Origin: Macrostomum lignano
Taxonomy: Eukaryota
DNA: 64,000 bases
Reading direction: 5' to 3'
Assembly: GCA_002269645.1 (NCBI GenBank)
Contig: NIVC01000284.1
Location: 248,001 to 312,000, forward strand
In this document: one piece after another, positions 61,004 through 64,000 of the stretch
Numbering within the stretch: the first letter of the stretch is position 1
Layout of the letters: every line of letters starts with the position of its first letter
Notes under the pieces: generated by a model
The model's input: the letters and a program-made list of their open reading frames with translations, nothing else
Databases searched by the model: none
Told to the model about the DNA's origin: nothing
Program-made: the position numbers and the translations under genes

Positions 61004-61564
61004 CGGATTTTTACGTCTAGTTTTCTATACACTGTGTCAACTCTCCGTGTGTGTGGACACAGTTCCAACGACTTCGATGATTTGCTTGCTGCTCTAGATA
61101 GAACTAATAAACGCTAGACCATAACTCATTCAAGTTGGGCAGGCAATCAAGCTTGATCCAATCCATGAGCCAGTATTGATAAGAATAAATTTACTTTGTC
61201 CCATGAGCCAATTTATTAATTTTTCCGTTGTTTGCTTTGTAATAATGCAGAAACCTTTCCCTATTCGCTGCTTATGTAAACGCATCAATGTTACACTTTA
61301 AGAGCCTGATATGTCTGGCTATGGACTCACTAATCATGAGCTATAATAAACACGCGTGTCAACAAAAAAGATTGCAATAAAATCACCTGTTTGACATTTT
61401 TTGACGGAATCGCAGTCGAAATTATTCTTGGTTACATGAAACTTCATAGCTGTATTTTCTCAACATTATATTGAATTATAGTCTTCAGACCTCAAGAATC
61501 TAAAACTTTCTTATCTTGTTTGATTGAATCTTCTAAAAGTTTGTAGGGTGAAGATTAAGACAGA

Positions 61565-61745
61565 TGGGCGACCCTGTCTCTTTATGGTGAGCGGCTCAGT
61601 CTCTTGTTGGGCATCCCTGCCTTTTGTTTGGCAGCTCTTGGTGGGCGCCCCTGTCTCTTGGTGGGCGCGCGTCCCTGTCTCTTGGTGGGCGTCCCTGTCT
61701 CATGGTGGGCGCCCCTGTCTCTTGGTGGGCGTCCCAATCTCTTGG
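61565..61745. repeat. Short degenerate array (GTGGGCGCCCCTGTCTCTTG)n
   Basis: About 8 imperfect units with a GGCGCCCC core. Confidence 0.75.
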
Positions 61746-61794
61746 TTTTTTTGAGAGGGGCCTGTTTTTGTGAGGAGATGGGCGATAGATGGCA

Positions 61795-62625
61795 CGGCCC
61801 TAAACTTCACAAACCCAAGACTTCACGAACCCTAGACTTCACGAAACCTAGACTTCACAAACCGTATTCTTCACAAACCTTGGGCCCCGAATTTATCAAC
61901 CCTAGACTTTACAACTGCTAGACTTCCCGAACCCTAAACTTCACAAACCCTAGCCTTCACAAACCCAAGCCTTTACAAACCCTATTCTTCACAAACCCTA
62001 GACTTCACGAACCGTAGACTTCACAAACCCTATTCTTCACAAACCCTAGACTTCACGAACCCTATTCTTCACAAACCCTAGACTTCACGAACCCTAGACT
62101 TCACAAACCCTATTCTTCACAAACCCTATTCTTCACAAACCCTAGACCTTACAAACCCAAGCCTTTACAAATCCTATTCTTCACAAACCCTAGACTTCAC
62201 GAACCCTAGACTTTACAAACCCTAGACTTCACAAACCCTATTCTTCACAAACCCTATTCTTCACAAACCCTAGACTTCACGAACCGTAGACTTCACAAAC
62301 CCTAGACTTCGCAAACCCTAGACTTTACAAACCCTAGACTTAACAAACCCTATTCTTCACAAACCCTAGACTTCACAAACCCTAGACTTTACAAACCCTA
62401 GACTTAACAAACCCTATTCTTCACAAATCCTAGACTTCACAAACCCTAGACTTCACAAACCTTAGAGTTCACAAACCCTAGACTTCAAAAACCCTATCTA
62501 TGACTTCAAAAAACCTAGACTTCACAAACTCTAAACTTCACAAACCATAAACTTCACAAACCACTAGATTCACAAACCCTAAAATTCACATACTCAAAAC
62601 CACACAAACCTTAAACTTTACAAAT
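61795..62625. repeat. 16-bp minisatellite (CTTCACAAACCCTAGA)n
   Basis: Period 16 with CCCTATT variants. Confidence 0.96.
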
Positions 62626-63084
62626 ATCTTACTTCATGAAACCTAGTCTCCATAACGTGTGAGAAAAAAAAGTTAAAAGCTGCTCGAAATTTTTATCTGT
62701 TGCGTAATGCGAGTTTGAAACCATGAGCAATTTCATTAAATTGCAATGCATCTATCTAATTTTTATTTTTCGCTTCAAAAGAAGTAGTATTAGTTAAATG
62801 TATATCTTCGATTTTTTGATCGGAGTGTTGTGTTTGTAGTTAATTGATGAATTTAATTCAGTCTAGTCAGACAGTGGAGACACTTCTGTCTCGGTCAATA
62901 TATTTATAGTCAAAGCATGCACGATGTACATTACTCAATCGTTAGCTAACATTTGCACGTTAAACTAAACACTGATTGTGAAATCACTTATCAATAGATA
63001 TCAGAGCAAACTATTCAATGAGTCATCAAGCAAACTAAATCTCGTTGCATTGTCACAACACAAAGGAACGCTCGTATTAGGCTG

Positions 63085-64000
63085 TCAGTCCATGTCGATT
63101 TCAACAACAGATACGGATGATGCAGAAGTTTTGCCATCAGAATCTCGCTCCTTAGAAGACACCCGATCGACCCTTTTAGAATACCATAATAAAATAATGT
63201 CGTGAAGCAGCTCGAGCAGCTCGCACAGAGTCAGCAGCGACATGCCCAGATAAATTCCCATGATGCCGCCTACCTCTGAGACGAAACTTGAGAAGTCATA
63301 GTCAATAGAAAACGTGATCTTATTGCACATAACGCAACCTGGTTTAATGTGAACTTTAAGCAAGTTGTCGCGAACATAGGAGGCAACACTCGATGCGTTG
63401 CCAGTCATGAGAAAGTCGAGCGCAGGTACGCTGAGGTTCCTGGCCTTGGCTCTTGACCAGGCCTGCCTCACAGAGAAACTGATAAACGAATTCAGAGAGC
63501 TTTGAGTCGGCCAGTCGGCACTGGAGATGCTGGCACTGTAGTCCAGTGTGCTGCAAAGTCGTTTTCCTTTGCATGCAGTCCGAACATTGCCTGACACACT
63601 CTGGATCGCTGCTGAAAGGGATTCGTTTTTGACATCCATCGTCAAATAGTTTGTCGTAGCCGAACAATTATACAAATAGTTACGATTCCTTAGTTGCCAT
63701 GGTAGAGGGTTTATTGAGCCAGAGATATTGAAAGTCGATTGAAACTGCCGATGGTATTCAAAGTAGTAGCAGTAAGAATAACTGTACGCATGGCTGTACG
63801 CAGACAGGTCGTAAGGATTCGTAAAATGAACTTCGGACAGTTGGGGCAGACAGTCAAACTGGTTCTCTGTGAATAAATTTCTAACCATTTCAATTTCGAC
63901 GGTGTGATATTTCCCAGGACTCAGCGAGAAGGAGCTCACAAGTTCAGACGGATACTCGCCAGGTGGGCTTAGAAAAAGCTTCACTGCAGCCAATCTGTCC
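63085..64000 (-). CDS. Second DEG/ENaC subunit (tandem paralog), 3' half; open to the right edge of the window
   Basis: DRLAAVKLFLSPPGEYPS...SEVGGIMGIYLGMSLLTLCELLELL aligns colinearly with the first gene; no stop or intron in the visible part; TGA at 63087-85. Confidence 0.92.
   Translation of the reverse strand, partial: DRLAAVKLFLSPPGEYPSELVSSFSLSPGKYHTVEIEMVRNLFTENQFDCLPQLSEVHFTNPYDLSAYSHAYSYSYCYYFEYHRQFQSTFNISGSINPLPWQLRNRNYLYNCSATTNYLTMDVKNESLSAAIQSVSGNVRTACKGKRLCSTLDYSASISSADWPTQSSLNSFISFSVRQAWSRAKARNLSVPALDFLMTGNASSVASYVRDNLLKVHIKPGCVMCNKITFSIDYDFSSFVSEVGGIMGIYLGMSLLTLCELLELLHDIILLWYSKRVDRVSSKERDSDGKTSASSVSVVEIDMD

Noticed and set aside
485-62625. CRISPR-like appearance of regular repeats (26-, 27- and 61-bp units with small palindromes)
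   Set aside because: Units are head-to-tail with no unique spacers, there are no cas genes, and the context is eukaryotic.
61795-62625. True telomeric or interstitial (TTAGGG)n array
   Set aside because: Only an AACCCTA-like core within a 16-bp unit; no tandem hexamers.
36470-63893. Antisense or alternate-frame ORFs overlapping the WD40, caspase, QPCT and DEG/ENaC genes
   Set aside because: Shadow ORFs of real coding sequence with no independent motifs.

Overview
Repeat-rich eukaryotic (invertebrate metazoan) genomic DNA, not prokaryotic: canonical GT-AG introns, no CRISPR or operon structure. The mix of intron-poor genes and dense minisatellites is reminiscent of free-living flatworms such as Macrostomum, but that is only an impression. 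Six genes can be reconstructed by hand. (1) The 5' part of an UNC-5-type netrin receptor (minus strand, 4 exons between 19151 and 1322, running off the left edge). (2) A ~436-aa WD40 protein (minus, 43409-31788) whose exons 2-3 sit in an apparently exact 4217-bp tandem duplication. (3) An intronless caspase-8-like protease with a double death-fold prodomain and a QCCRG active site (47212-48597). (4) A two-exon glutaminyl-peptide cyclotransferase (minus, 53319-51162). (5, 6) Two tandem DEG/ENaC channel genes (minus, 61003-59225 and >64000-63085). Mobile DNA includes a dead mariner with perfect TIRs, hAT/Charlie-type MITEs, a Helitron-like element, a tRNA-derived CORE-SINE and a minimal hammerhead ribozyme motif. 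About 25 minisatellite arrays explain almost all long low-complexity ORFs in the track. Most interesting observations: an in-frame TAG in the first DEG/ENaC gene that closes a GT...AG 39-nt segment still alignable to the paralog's coding sequence (candidate intronization or readthrough); a cysteine-depleted thumb plus an unusual CxxC in both channels; the hammerhead; the snap-back-templated junction of the WD40 duplication; and minisatellites starting just behind 7 of 8 splice donors. All coordinates were derived by eye; array edges are approximate.
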